Source of the DNA: a virus
DNA: 64,000 nt
Strand: one strand, 5' to 3'
Virus record (IMG/VR): IMGVR_UViG_3300034104_003304
Coordinates: 11,860 to 75,859 of that record
Position 1 is the first letter of the stretch; every line of letters begins with the position of its first letter. A program made the translations under genes and the position numbers. Positions 1-10,476 of the stretch are shown here, piece after piece. The notes beneath the pieces are model-generated. The model saw nothing but the letters and a program-made list of their open reading frames with translations. It was not told where the DNA came from and ran no database searches.

Positions 1-1248
1 TAATACCTCTGCTTTTGGATTGTCGCTTTCTTTCTTTTCTTCTTTATACATAGCTTCTTTAGGCTCCATCTTTTTAGCCATCTTCTTTTTGAACATAGCT
101 ACGATTGATTCGAAAGCTGTATCTTCTAGATTGTCATAAAGAGAAAGTGATTCTTCAGCTTCTGCATCCTCAAAACCGGAGGCCATAAGCTGTTCTTTTC
201 TCATGCGATTCTTTTCTTTCTTCTTCATGTCTGTCATTGCAGCGACAGTTTCTGAAAGCTGAGTATCTTTTACTAATAGTGTTTCTTGAAGACTTAATAC
301 TGCGGCTTCAAGAGTTCTGATAGCTTCATCTTTTTCAGCTAGTGCTGTCTCAAAGGCTGAAATCTTAGCGGATAGTTCTGCTTCGGCTTCGCTTTGAGTC
401 ACTGTGACCTGTTCTGTTGAAGAAGCTAACTCTTCTGATAGCTGCTTCTCTTCATTGTTATCTTGCATATTAAAATCTCCTTTAGAAACATTGGAAACAT
501 ACTGTTCATTAATTAAGAATGCTTTACTGGAATCAAGAATAATACTTCTTGGATTAGCTGGTTTTGACACTAAACCCTTGCCAGAAAATGAAATATCTCT
601 TAATGATCTACCAATTTTGTAACCGTCATATTCTCCAGTACCGCCATACGCTCTTAAATGTTTTGTTAAAAATGCCGAATCTTCATTTCTAGCAACCACT
701 TTAGACTGACCTTTTGGATCAATAATGGCATAATCAAAACCAGAAAATAAACATTCCATTGAAACAAACCATTTGCCTTGATCTATTTCTGATATGATTT
801 TTTGCATTCTCTCCCGATTATCTGGATTGCTCCAACTATTATACAAAACAGCTTCTGTTATAATATCAAACTCTGAAGGAACATTATCATCGCTTGCTTC
901 TATTTTGTCGCCGTTCCTATCAACAACATAACTTCCAGTAATATGGCCGATTATATCGTTCTCATTGTGCATGAAGTTAAATTGTTTATCTTCTGGTGTA
1001 TTTCTAGCTGCCCAAGTTTGAGCATTAGAAAATACGTCATCATTTTTATTCCATCCAGTTGATACTAGTACCGATTTAATATAATGTAGATCTATTTGAT
1101 TTGGGTTGCTTGATGCTTTAATTTTGTTTATTACTTCGCAGTTTGGCATATCATCAGTTAATACAGCTTGAGAACAGTACGCGATGGAATTATCCTTGCG
1201 CACGATCTCTGAAATACCGTCTATAATTTCTGATTTATATATTTGCAT
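1..1248 (-). CDS. Prohead protease fused in frame to a coiled-coil scaffold (partial, runs off the left edge; internal RBS+ATG at 468)
   Basis: Open frame from ATG 1248 (MQIYKSEII...GWNKNDDVF...FNFMHNENDIIGH...VSMECLF...GKGLVSKPANPRS) continues into an acidic coiled-coil (MQDNNEEKQL...); lies downstream of the portal; absent from the ORF track because it is truncated. Confidence 0.7.
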   Translation of the reverse strand, partial: MQIYKSEIIDGISEIVRKDNSIAYCSQAVLTDDMPNCEVINKIKASSNPNQIDLHYIKSVLVSTGWNKNDDVFSNAQTWAARNTPEDKQFNFMHNENDIIGHITGSYVVDRNGDKIEASDDNVPSEFDIITEAVLYNSWSNPDNRERMQKIISEIDQGKWFVSMECLFSGFDYAIIDPKGQSKVVARNEDSAFLTKHLRAYGGTGEYDGYKIGRSLRDISFSGKGLVSKPANPRSIILDSSKAFLINEQYVSNVSKGDFNMQDNNEEKQLSEELASSTEQVTVTQSEAEAELSAKISAFETALAEKDEAIRTLEAAVLSLQETLLVKDTQLSETVAAMTDMKKKEKNRMRKEQLMASGFEDAEAEESLSLYDNLEDTAFESIVAMFKKKMAKKMEPKEAMYKEEKKESDNPKAEVL

Positions 1249-1296
1249 TATATAGTATACCTTTCAAGAATATAATACACTAAATGAAATAAAAGT

Positions 1297-3396
1297 TTAA
1301 ACTAGGGTGTTTTCTTCGATAAATAACCCAATAATATTCCTACGATAGTTATCAATAGTCATATTATCTATACTTACAGAGCGGTCTTGTAATAGGTTTT
1401 TAAATTCTTGAGGAGTAGTCTTTTTTGAGGATAAAATGGAGTGTATAGCCGATGCCGTCACATCTTCTAATATCGGTAAATTTGTTAAAACGTCTATCTT
1501 AAGTTGCTCTAGATCGCTAGCCTCTGCCTTAGTTAATTGTCTTAAATTTTTCTTATTGTTGCAATTCAAGAATGCGTCATTAAGCACTTCTGATATATTA
1601 TCCCAAGCCGCTTCTGTCCAAACTAATAGTTCGGCAACTCCCGGTTTTGATTTTGGGTTTGCAACTCTTTGCTTGCGAGGACCAGAGTCTTTTGATAATG
1701 GCGGTCTTCCATTAGGATTTGGTACTTTGGGAGATGAGGGTGATCCGCCGCCACCGAATGGGCTTCCCTTTGGTTGTAATAATATATCGGTCGGTACGCT
1801 ACTTTTTAAGCCGACATCTTTTGGTAAAAGTTTACCTGTTTGTAATCCAATCTTCTCAAGATCGTTTTCGTGTTGAGGGTTATGGTATGGTGATGCTTTA
1901 TTTGGAATAACATTATTATTACGATCTTCAACTTCTCTTTGTATTCTAATTTTTTCAATCTGTGGTATCTCTTTAAATCTTTGAAGTAGAGTTTCTTGAC
2001 TAATTAAGTCTCTATCAGCTAATTGAATTAATAGATTCTTCTCGGTTGCCTCATCTGATAAACTCATATGATCATACTGAATGAAAGCCTTGTTTCTGAA
2101 ACCCATAGCTTGACGAACAATCTCAATTTCTTTTTCCCAGAACTTAGTTAAAAGATCTCTTCCGTATTGAAGTCTTTCTACTAAAGTTTTTAGCGAAATA
2201 AAATTATTGGTAAAACCACCACCGTTTGTAGCCATTCCTGTTAGAGTTGGTGGAACACCAAGACCAGCGTAAATACTATTAAGTACTGCTGTGTATTTTT
2301 CTGAACCCAAGAATTTATAAACTTCGCTATTAGATTCTTTAAATGATAACTCTGGACCCCAAACTAGTTCCATTGTTCCACCGCCAACATTACTAGCTAA
2401 AATATCTCTTAGCTTGTTGATTGCAGCTTTGTTTGGTAAAATCTTATGCTCAAGGCTACCAAGTGTCCATAAGCGAATGTTTGAAATAGCACCATCAAGA
2501 GCAGATAGGTCAGCCAATCTCATTTTTTCTAACATGATAATATCATCTAGAATAGCATAAATCATGGGATTAGCCCACTGCAACCAATCGTCTTTCTTGT
2601 AATGTGATATACTAAGCCTACTTGGGTCTAGTGGTATACGCTTTTCTTTATTGAGTAATGCTTTCTTAATATTAGCCGGTAAAGTATTCAACACATCTGT
2701 TGGAATATCTCCATCGACAAATCTATCAAAAAATGAACCAGCACTTAAGCTATAGTTATATTGACCTAAGAATAGTGATAGATCTCCATCTTTCATTTCA
2801 ACAGTTAAGGGATTAAAGAAGTTATATCTCCAAGGAATCAAATTTTCCTTCATGTTTGGAACTTCAACTTTAATGTCGGAAGCTAAGGACTTCATATACT
2901 TAGTTAATTCTGGAGTTAACTTAGCATAGCTTCTATAAGCAATAACGTTTCCAGCTTTGTAAAGATTGTTTAAAAATCTTTCTGACCTTTCTTTACCGTT
3001 AACGCTTCTAAACCATTGCTGATAAAATTTTTCAACACTTTTATTTTGATGAACAATATTGATTCCTTGGCAACCAAAATCGCCCATAAGATCGATAATA
3101 TTTCTAATAATACCAACCTTGTCATAGGCATCCATGCACATTTTAATAATGCGCCTCTGTTGAGATGGAACCTGTTCGTTTGGTCGAAAGGCATGATAAT
3201 CTAATTGACTATATCCGGGTCTTACTGACTTATTTGGCTCAATATCGATAAAGTGTCGATATGCTGTACTGGCTGTAGATTTACTAAGACCAGTGTATGA
3301 ATCGACGCTTTCTGAAAACTTCGATAGAGCTTCTGCTTTGCCAGTGCCGTCATCTGACCAAGTAATCATGTCTTTATTATCCATTTTAGCCCTCAA
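1297..3396 (-). CDS. Portal protein
   Basis: 699 aa, between terminase and prohead protease; helical body with a Pro/Gly-rich C-terminal tail. Confidence 0.75.
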   Translation of the reverse strand: MRAKMDNKDMITWSDDGTGKAEALSKFSESVDSYTGLSKSTASTAYRHFIDIEPNKSVRPGYSQLDYHAFRPNEQVPSQQRRIIKMCMDAYDKVGIIRNIIDLMGDFGCQGINIVHQNKSVEKFYQQWFRSVNGKERSERFLNNLYKAGNVIAYRSYAKLTPELTKYMKSLASDIKVEVPNMKENLIPWRYNFFNPLTVEMKDGDLSLFLGQYNYSLSAGSFFDRFVDGDIPTDVLNTLPANIKKALLNKEKRIPLDPSRLSISHYKKDDWLQWANPMIYAILDDIIMLEKMRLADLSALDGAISNIRLWTLGSLEHKILPNKAAINKLRDILASNVGGGTMELVWGPELSFKESNSEVYKFLGSEKYTAVLNSIYAGLGVPPTLTGMATNGGGFTNNFISLKTLVERLQYGRDLLTKFWEKEIEIVRQAMGFRNKAFIQYDHMSLSDEATEKNLLIQLADRDLISQETLLQRFKEIPQIEKIRIQREVEDRNNNVIPNKASPYHNPQHENDLEKIGLQTGKLLPKDVGLKSSVPTDILLQPKGSPFGGGGSPSSPKVPNPNGRPPLSKDSGPRKQRVANPKSKPGVAELLVWTEAAWDNISEVLNDAFLNCNNKKNLRQLTKAEASDLEQLKIDVLTNLPILEDVTASAIHSILSSKKTTPQEFKNLLQDRSVSIDNMTIDNYRRNIIGLFIEENTLV

Positions 3397-3422
3397 TTAG
3401 ATTGTAATTGGATTACCAATAT

Positions 3423-5408
3423 TTAATACACATCTTTCATATTCTCAGAAAACCAGCTAGGTCCGGTGTATAGTTTTTCGTTCTCATACTTGGTCGTACC
3501 AGATCTACCAGTAGCAAATCCACCGTAGAAATTGTATGCTTCTTGTTCTGGTGTTCTTTGTAGAACTCTCGCTGCCATATTTGCCATTAAAAGCGCAGAA
3601 TATCGGTCCTTTCTCATCTTGCTCTTTTTGCCAGTTCCTACGATAACTTCTGGAGTGTCCCAGCGATCTCGACCGCTATTGGTCTGAGTCATTTGAATCA
3701 TAGAAAGTTCATCTTTTAATTCTTCGATATCCATAACGCACTCTTCTAAAGTGTCGAACATTCTGTGTTTTACAGAGTCCTCTGAACTAGACAATCCAAT
3801 TGAAATCGAATCAAAAAATGGAAATACTAATACTTTATCTTCGAAGTCTTTTCTCATGCCGTGATTAGCTTCTGCTAGCCATTCGTACCTAGCAAATTGA
3901 CATGCTTCTATAATGTGTAGTCCTCTTTCTCCATCTGAGTCTTTTGGTTTATCGTCATCAATAGTGGGCCATATTGGCAATTCTCCAGTTTTAATCTTAT
4001 CATGATCATGAAGAGATTCTATAATAGCTATACCACCGCCCTGTGCGTCGATAGCTATATGAATACAGGGATATAGCGCCATTAAGTCCCTTATCTTCCT
4101 TGCGCAATAAGAATAAAAATCACTTTCTGTGGAATATCCCTTCTTGACTTTTTCTTTATGTTCAGACCTAGTAGTAGTCCAGCAATGAACAATACGCCTA
4201 TGATCTGGATTAACTTCTAGCACTACAATACTAAAGTTGTCTACTTCAGAAGCTGGGTCAACGCCAAATATATATCTTTTATTTGGATCGCCAATTAAGC
4301 TAGCTTCAAAATGAATATCACTTCCCTTACTATCCTTTATAGGGTTAGATTGAGAAATAACACACGATTCAATTAATGATCGTTTAAAAAATCCTTGGCT
4401 ATCTCTTGTGAAACATGCACCATATTCCATTTGATAAATACCAGTATGAACCGTAGCTTTTGATCTTGCTACTTGGTCAGCATCCATGAAACCTTTTGGT
4501 AATAACTCGTAAGGCATACGAATGATTGAATATTGTGTCCAATCAAAACTATCTGGATAGTCTTCGCCGCCGAACACTTCTCTTAACTTAGCTGGATTTC
4601 CTTGACTCTTAATAATTGCTTTCCATTTTTTCCAATACGTAGCAAAATGATTAAAGTCATAATAAGCTGTTCCAGATAATACGATCTGATTATCTTTAGA
4701 CTGCGTAGAAGAACTATTATCGTCTTCTATAATTATTCCTAGCTCTTCAGCTTTTTGCTTTGCAGCAAGTCGTTTAACATTCGCCACTGGATCAGCACTA
4801 ACTGCGGCGAAACCAGCAACAACATTTTCAAAAATATCTCTAGGAATAGAAGCAAACTCATCGCTGATAATATCATTGGCTCTTTGACCTCTAATTTTTT
4901 GACCATCACCCAGTGGTAGACAGGTAATAGTGCTTTCGTTTAGTCTCATAACACAACGATCAGTATCTCGTCGTGGACCACTATCAGAGTCGCATATATC
5001 TCTTAGCATGGGAGAATTGCGCCATATAGTTTCCATGTACTCAAACAATACTTTGGATTGTCTAAACGCTGCGCCAACAACAACTATTTTTCTACGCGGA
5101 AGCACAAGACCTCTAAGCATAGCATATAATGATAACATAAAAGATTTACCAAAGCCTCGGCTAGCGATAAGCATAGGAAATTTTCTATTCCAAATCTCAT
5201 CTAAAACCAAAGCCTGTGATGGTAATAGTTGAACGTTTAAAATTTCATGGCAAAAGAACGATAGGTATTCTGGCCTAGTCATTAGCCAAGCAAGTTTCAA
5301 ATGAAAATCATCTTCACTGGGTTTTAGTATAGACATCGGATTAAAAATATCCGCATCTATAGTATCAAGACCTAGCCAAGCCTCGTCTATCTTTTTAAGT
5401 TCGCTCAT
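3423..5408 (-). CDS. Terminase large subunit
   Basis: Walker A ASRGFGKS, Walker B IISDE, RGQRA motif, RNase H-like GVDPA and C-terminal KDRYSA. Confidence 0.92.
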   Translation of the reverse strand: MSELKKIDEAWLGLDTIDADIFNPMSILKPSEDDFHLKLAWLMTRPEYLSFFCHEILNVQLLPSQALVLDEIWNRKFPMLIASRGFGKSFMLSLYAMLRGLVLPRRKIVVVGAAFRQSKVLFEYMETIWRNSPMLRDICDSDSGPRRDTDRCVMRLNESTITCLPLGDGQKIRGQRANDIISDEFASIPRDIFENVVAGFAAVSADPVANVKRLAAKQKAEELGIIIEDDNSSSTQSKDNQIVLSGTAYYDFNHFATYWKKWKAIIKSQGNPAKLREVFGGEDYPDSFDWTQYSIIRMPYELLPKGFMDADQVARSKATVHTGIYQMEYGACFTRDSQGFFKRSLIESCVISQSNPIKDSKGSDIHFEASLIGDPNKRYIFGVDPASEVDNFSIVVLEVNPDHRRIVHCWTTTRSEHKEKVKKGYSTESDFYSYCARKIRDLMALYPCIHIAIDAQGGGIAIIESLHDHDKIKTGELPIWPTIDDDKPKDSDGERGLHIIEACQFARYEWLAEANHGMRKDFEDKVLVFPFFDSISIGLSSSEDSVKHRMFDTLEECVMDIEELKDELSMIQMTQTNSGRDRWDTPEVIVGTGKKSKMRKDRYSALLMANMAARVLQRTPEQEAYNFYGGFATGRSGTTKYENEKLYTGPSWFSENMKDVY

Positions 5409-6046
5409 TCTTGCTTATTCCAGTCAGTCATAATAGCATCAGCAAACCCATAATAAATAGCTTCTTCTGCGTTTAAATACCAATCGCCAGATTTTAGTTT
5501 TCTAATTAAGTATTGTCTAACTTGCGACTCTGTTGGCTTTTTGTTATTAAACTTGTCTTTAAAAAATTGGCCATCTACGCACCGTTTGGCATATATTCTA
5601 AACATAATATCTGCTGTGCGCTTTTCATAATCCGCTTGAGACATAGCGCTAAGATAATCTGTGTTAATATCGCTAGAGCCATAATGACTCATAAAATGAG
5701 AGTTTGGGGTCATATATCTATAGTCGGCAGCTTGCAAAATAATGCTACTCATTGACTCTGCTTGTCCGTAGACTATAATACTTACGTAAGAGCGACACAT
5801 GCTTATAGCATCAAAAATTGCCATCCCATCGCACCATTCGCCACCAACACTTTGCATATGTATAGTTATTGGATTATTATTTCTTATGTCTAATGCTCTT
5901 AAGTTTTTAATAAAAGTATTCGACATTCTATACTCTACACCGGGATTTTGGTTATCCTCAGTGTGATAATGGTTATGCAAGAAGATCTCTCTAGTGTTTA
6001 TATTGGCACCATAGTCATGAAAATCTTTCAGTAATTCTGGCTCCAT
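5405..6046 (-). CDS. clpP: ClpP-like serine protease
   Basis: SVGG...AIFD, GQAESMSSII (catalytic Ser), FMSH (His), DWYLNAEEAIYYGFAD. Confidence 0.85.
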   Translation of the reverse strand: MEPELLKDFHDYGANINTREIFLHNHYHTEDNQNPGVEYRMSNTFIKNLRALDIRNNNPITIHMQSVGGEWCDGMAIFDAISMCRSYVSIIVYGQAESMSSIILQAADYRYMTPNSHFMSHYGSSDINTDYLSAMSQADYEKRTADIMFRIYAKRCVDGQFFKDKFNNKKPTESQVRQYLIRKLKSGDWYLNAEEAIYYGFADAIMTDWNKQE

Positions 6047-6047
6047 G

Positions 6048-6548
6048 TTAGTCTTTCCTTCCGATTGTGTACATTTCGTTAATACGTTTAAGGATACTGC
6101 TAACCGTTATAAATGCGTTAAGCTTGTTACCACAGAATAACACATGAACATTGTTATATATTTGAAATTCAACTAAGCATTTAAGCATGTATTTACCAGT
6201 AATTTTAACAGATGCTTTATTTTTAATTGGTATACGTGTTTCTTCTGGAAACTTTATTAGATCTTCAGCGGAGAATTCTAGGACTATAAACTTATGGGGG
6301 ATAGTAGCCATTCGTTCTATTTCATTTAGGAAAGCGTATTTTTTGGAACCAAGATTCATAGCTAGTTCTTCAACGCAACCCTTTCTCTCTATACATAATT
6401 TGTCTTCCAAGCCTTTTATGGAATAATCTCCAGTATCTAATTTTTCTTGTACCATGCCAGCGCACGGGCTATATTCTTTAAAGAAATATCCGTCCTGCTC
6501 TCTGGTGTCTTTAACAACAGTAAATGATGGGGCTATTTTATACGCCAT
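6048..6548 (-). CDS. ERCC4-domain nuclease
   Basis: DTREQ...LDTGDYS...IERKG motif. Confidence 0.85.
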   Translation of the reverse strand: MAYKIAPSFTVVKDTREQDGYFFKEYSPCAGMVQEKLDTGDYSIKGLEDKLCIERKGCVEELAMNLGSKKYAFLNEIERMATIPHKFIVLEFSAEDLIKFPEETRIPIKNKASVKITGKYMLKCLVEFQIYNNVHVLFCGNKLNAFITVSSILKRINEMYTIGRKD

Positions 6549-6798
6549 TGATAATTTCCATAAATAGGGATTCGTAGTGACATTCTTTTCCTCTTATAGA
6601 TTTGTGACATTCTTCGCATAGCGTTATGCCATTTGATACTTCATATCTTAATGAAGAAGCGTGTGACCAAGTTCTAATATGATGTACTTGTAATTTTGTT
6701 CTAGATTTACATCCCGGCATTCTACATCTATTTTTATCTCTTGCTCTTATCTTTTTTCTAAAATCCTCGTATGCTGGATCTTTAAAGTTTCTTCTCAT
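6538..6798 (-). CDS. HNH endonuclease (packaging-associated type)
   Basis: RDKNRC..C...VHHI...NGITLCEECH. Confidence 0.85.
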   Translation of the reverse strand: MRRNFKDPAYEDFRKKIRARDKNRCRMPGCKSRTKLQVHHIRTWSHASSLRYEVSNGITLCEECHKSIRGKECHYESLFMEIINGV

Positions 6799-7043
6799 AA
6801 GCAATGTATCTTATCTATTCTAGATTCTCTTCTTATCTTTCTACATATTATACGCATATTGATAGATGGATCTTGATCTAGTAAGATTTTGATTAATCCA
6901 TATATAGCATCAACACACGCACCGTCTGGGTCTGCTGCTGTTACGAAAATTGTAGGGAATGGCGAATTATATGCTTTTAGATATAAATGTCTGATTGATG
7001 GATAAATGTTAGAGATGTCTAACATGACTCTGTAATTTTTCAT
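6795..7043 (-). CDS. Hypothetical protein
   Basis: Tightly packed in the operon. Confidence 0.55.
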   Translation of the reverse strand: MKNYRVMLDISNIYPSIRHLYLKAYNSPFPTIFVTAADPDGACVDAIYGLIKILLDQDPSINMRIICRKIRRESRIDKIHCL

Positions 7044-8091
7044 TTAATTTATCATCTATCATTAGTTGTACAAGTTCTTGTAAGTCACAAGTCGGAACCC
7101 ATCCAAGCTTTTCTTTGGCCTTAGACGAGTCTCCACGAAGGTAATCTACTTCTGCCGGTCTATAAAACTCCATGTCTACAACGACATAATTGGTCCAATC
7201 ATATATACCAACATGCTGAAAAGCGTAATTTAAAAATTCTCTAATAGTGTATGTTTTACCGGTACATATTACGTAGTCATCTGGCACTTCTTGTTGCAAC
7301 ATGCGCCACATAGCTTCAACATAATCCCCAGCATATCCCCAATCTCTATAAGCGTCCAAATTTCCAAGCCTTAATTTTGGGAAAGAGCCAGACAATTGAT
7401 AATGAATATTGTCTTTAGCAAAAGATACATTATCCAAATTAAAGTTATTATTTTCTATCCAATCTAAAAATGAAACTATCCAGTTGGTAATCTTCTTGGT
7501 AACGAAGTTATCTCCACGCCTTGGACCTTCGTGATTAAATAATATGCCAGCACTAGCGTGTAGATTATAAGCTTCGCGGTATAGTCTAACTGCGTAGTGG
7601 GCAGCGCATTTTGAAATAGCGTATGGCGATTGTGGTAGAAATTTAGTATTCTCATTTTGGTATTTATTACCATTACCATCAATGTCATATGAGCTACCAA
7701 ACATTTCACTAGAAGAAGCTTGGTAAAATCTAGGCTTTGTAACTCCAGTGTCAACCATAGCCTGTAGAATATTCATGCAGCCTTTACCGGTTATATCCCA
7801 AGTAAGGGCGGGTTGCTTAAAAGAAGTTCCCACATGCGATTGTGCTGCTAGATTATAGATTTCATCTACTTTTTCGTAAGTTTTTAAGATATTACTAACA
7901 CTACTAACATCGGTAATATCTCCTTCGATCAATTTGAATCTATTATCGTCTTTTAGATGTTTTATTCTTTCTGATGTATCAACGCTGCACCTTCTCGCTA
8001 CACCAAGAACATTATAATCCTTAGAAAGTAATAGGTCTGCTAAATGGCTTCCATCCTGTCCCGTTACTCCAAACACGATAGCACTTTTCAT
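7009..8091 (-). CDS. gmd: GDP-mannose 4,6-dehydratase
   Basis: GVTGQDGS, YNLAAQSHV, YQASSSEMFG, SPYAISK, FNHEGPRRG, RDWGYAGDYV. Confidence 0.95.
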   Translation of the reverse strand: MKSAIVFGVTGQDGSHLADLLLSKDYNVLGVARRCSVDTSERIKHLKDDNRFKLIEGDITDVSSVSNILKTYEKVDEIYNLAAQSHVGTSFKQPALTWDITGKGCMNILQAMVDTGVTKPRFYQASSSEMFGSSYDIDGNGNKYQNENTKFLPQSPYAISKCAAHYAVRLYREAYNLHASAGILFNHEGPRRGDNFVTKKITNWIVSFLDWIENNNFNLDNVSFAKDNIHYQLSGSFPKLRLGNLDAYRDWGYAGDYVEAMWRMLQQEVPDDYVICTGKTYTIREFLNYAFQHVGIYDWTNYVVVDMEFYRPAEVDYLRGDSSKAKEKLGWVPTCDLQELVQLMIDDKLNEKLQSHVRHL

Positions 8092-8636
8092 AAACTCTCC
8101 TTTTTGTATATCCAACAAGTGTCTTGTATGCGAATATTATCTTTTCCTAGTTTTTCATCAACAGCCTGTATAACCCCAAGCCAATCATTGCTATAGTCAT
8201 GTCCAGCTAGATAGCCACCAGTTTTAACTTTTGGTAGCCATAACTCTATGTCATTTTTTACTGCGTTATACGTATGTTCCATGTCTATAAAAACAACGTC
8301 GCAGGATTCGTTGTCAAAATGTAAACTTGCTTCATATGACAAAGCTTTCATCGATTCGTATTTACGATTTCCCATATTATTTAGAAATACTTCGTATATA
8401 TCCATTTGTGTTGCTATATTCTGTGTAGTTTGTAATTCGTTTATGGAGCCTTTCCAACTATCAATTATAGTAACATCTATATTTTTATTTAATGCTTTAT
8501 CAATAAGGTATGATGAGCTTTTCCCAAGCCAAGCACCACATTCTATAAACACTCCACTAGCTGGACACTGATCTATCAAAAAATCATATACTCCAGCATA
8601 GTTGAACCAGCCATCTATTTCGTGGGAATATTTCAT
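8088..8636 (-). CDS. Class I SAM-dependent methyltransferase (Methyltransf_24-like)
   Basis: IECGAWLGKS, VFIDMEHTY...GGYLAGHDY. Confidence 0.85.
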   Translation of the reverse strand: MKYSHEIDGWFNYAGVYDFLIDQCPASGVFIECGAWLGKSSSYLIDKALNKNIDVTIIDSWKGSINELQTTQNIATQMDIYEVFLNNMGNRKYESMKALSYEASLHFDNESCDVVFIDMEHTYNAVKNDIELWLPKVKTGGYLAGHDYSNDWLGVIQAVDEKLGKDNIRIQDTCWIYKKESL

Positions 8637-8637
8637 A

Positions 8638-9171
8638 TTACCTCAAGTAGTTATAATAACATAAGTATTTATTTATTTTAATAATTGGACCATTCTTGGC
8701 GCATTGAGAAGCATATATTCCATCTTTACTATATATTGGTTGGTGTCTAAGTTGTGAATTTAATTTCCATTTAATCATGTAGCAAGCTGTATCTATACAT
8801 TCAACTGCTGGAGCCAATTTTTCTAAAGGAATTCTGATAACATTATTTTCTATTTGACCCCAATATATCATAGAATAATCTGAATTTAAAAATGGTTTAA
8901 TATTATTATAAAGTTCTGGGTGAATAATATTATCATCATCATGAACCAATATCCAATCGTTATCATTAAAACAAAAGTTATCTAATATATGATTTAGAGC
9001 CAGCGCACCAACGGCTCCAGTATTTTCGCACTTCATTATGATAGAATTTTCTATGGGTGGCATTATAACTCTATCATCATAACATATAATCCATCTAGCT
9101 TCACTTGGTATTGTTTGAGCAATGGTGAGCAAATTTTCTGGTCTAGAACAGGGAGTAATTATATTTAACAT
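8638..9171 (-). CDS. GT-A (GT2-like) glycosyltransferase
   Basis: IITPCSR N-terminus, HDDDN DxD motif. Confidence 0.7.
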   Translation of the reverse strand: MLNIITPCSRPENLLTIAQTIPSEARWIICYDDRVIMPPIENSIIMKCENTGAVGALALNHILDNFCFNDNDWILVHDDDNIIHPELYNNIKPFLNSDYSMIYWGQIENNVIRIPLEKLAPAVECIDTACYMIKWKLNSQLRHQPIYSKDGIYASQCAKNGPIIKINKYLCYYNYLR

Positions 9172-9956
9172 TATTCTATTACCGTGTCTGGGGTTAAGAA
9201 TGGTTGATCGATAGTTCCATCTTCGTATTTATGGAGCGCACTTAGTCGTTCGCCCTCTTTCTTCATAGCCAGCCTCATCTTCTCCATCTCTATTCCGTAT
9301 TTCTTCATAGTGTCGGGATCTTGCATTAGGTGAGCTACCCATGAAACGAAGCTTTGTTTGCTATCTTCAAGACGCTTAATGCGCTGCTCTCTGGTTCCCT
9401 TCATCTCGCGTAACATGGAAGCTTTCTTGCTTTGTAGCTCACGATAATCCCGATTTAAACTTTCTTGGCTGGCGCGGAGTGCTGCTATCTGTCGTTCTAG
9501 ATTTAAAATATAATCTTGGTCGCGGTCTTCTTTATCTTTGGCCCGTTCTTCTTTAACCATCTTTTCGAAAACCGTCATGTCCATTATATTATCTTTGTTT
9601 GACTTAAGGCAGCGGTTCATTAATAGCTCTAACTTGATAACATCCACCACCTGTAATTCTTCTGTTGGAAATACGTCATCTTTAAACTGGGCGATAATAC
9701 GACTCCAGTGATATTTAAATAGTTCCAACTCTTCATCAGTAAACTGCCCACTTAGTTCGTGATAGTAAGGACGATCCTCAAGAGAGAAAGCCGCCGCCTC
9801 TTCGCCCGAAATACCGACTCTAAATTTCCTTTTTACAAAGTTATCAATAGATTCAACGTCACGATCTAATTTTTGCGCAATGTCTTCGACCGTCATACTA
9901 TCAATAAGTCGCGCTATGATTCGCTCTTCTTCTTTGCTGATTCTACCTTTCTTCAT
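9171..9956 (-). CDS. Phage protein with N-terminal HTH and coiled coil (possible terminase small subunit)
   Basis: TVEDIAQKLDRDVESI HTH-like segment, long coiled coil, position upstream of the packaging block. Confidence 0.45.
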   Translation of the reverse strand: MKKGRISKEEERIIARLIDSMTVEDIAQKLDRDVESIDNFVKRKFRVGISGEEAAAFSLEDRPYYHELSGQFTDEELELFKYHWSRIIAQFKDDVFPTEELQVVDVIKLELLMNRCLKSNKDNIMDMTVFEKMVKEERAKDKEDRDQDYILNLERQIAALRASQESLNRDYRELQSKKASMLREMKGTREQRIKRLEDSKQSFVSWVAHLMQDPDTMKKYGIEMEKMRLAMKKEGERLSALHKYEDGTIDQPFLTPDTVIE

Positions 9957-10476
9957 AATTATGCTCCGCTAATAGTTCTTTTATTTTTAGTATTACTTCG
10001 TCACGGCGTTTTTTGGGAACATAAACATCACTTATAATTTTAAGATAGTCTGATCGGTAGTCTGATGGTAAGCACCGGTCTATAATTTTTTGCATATCCT
10101 TGGCATCTATTGTAACATCAGAGTCAAAGTCATCTTCGGGAACATAATCTTCATAAGATAATTGTTTGGGCGATAAGATTTTCTTTTTGTCAGTTTCGTT
10201 TTTGGTATAGAAGTTGTCGCGGACGAAATTCTTTAAGCGATTACTAAGGTGGACAGATAGGAAGTTTTCCAGTGGGCGACTTTCATCATAACGTTCAAGG
10301 GCATCCATACATATAATAAACGCCTCTTGTTTTATATCATCAACTTCATATCCGTTAAATGTATACTTAGGGGATATTCTATTTACGACAGTGTGGATTT
10401 GTTTGATAACATCATCTTTACTCATATTTTTTGGTATTTTCATTCCTGACATGATCTCCACTCTAGTATTCTCCAA
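9943..10476 (-). CDS. Sigma-70 family sigma-like factor
   Basis: DDIKQEAFIICMDALERYD...FLSVHLSNRLKNFVRD resembles region 2. Confidence 0.65.
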   Translation of the reverse strand: MENTRVEIMSGMKIPKNMSKDDVIKQIHTVVNRISPKYTFNGYEVDDIKQEAFIICMDALERYDESRPLENFLSVHLSNRLKNFVRDNFYTKNETDKKKILSPKQLSYEDYVPEDDFDSDVTIDAKDMQKIIDRCLPSDYRSDYLKIISDVYVPKKRRDEVILKIKELLAEHNYEER

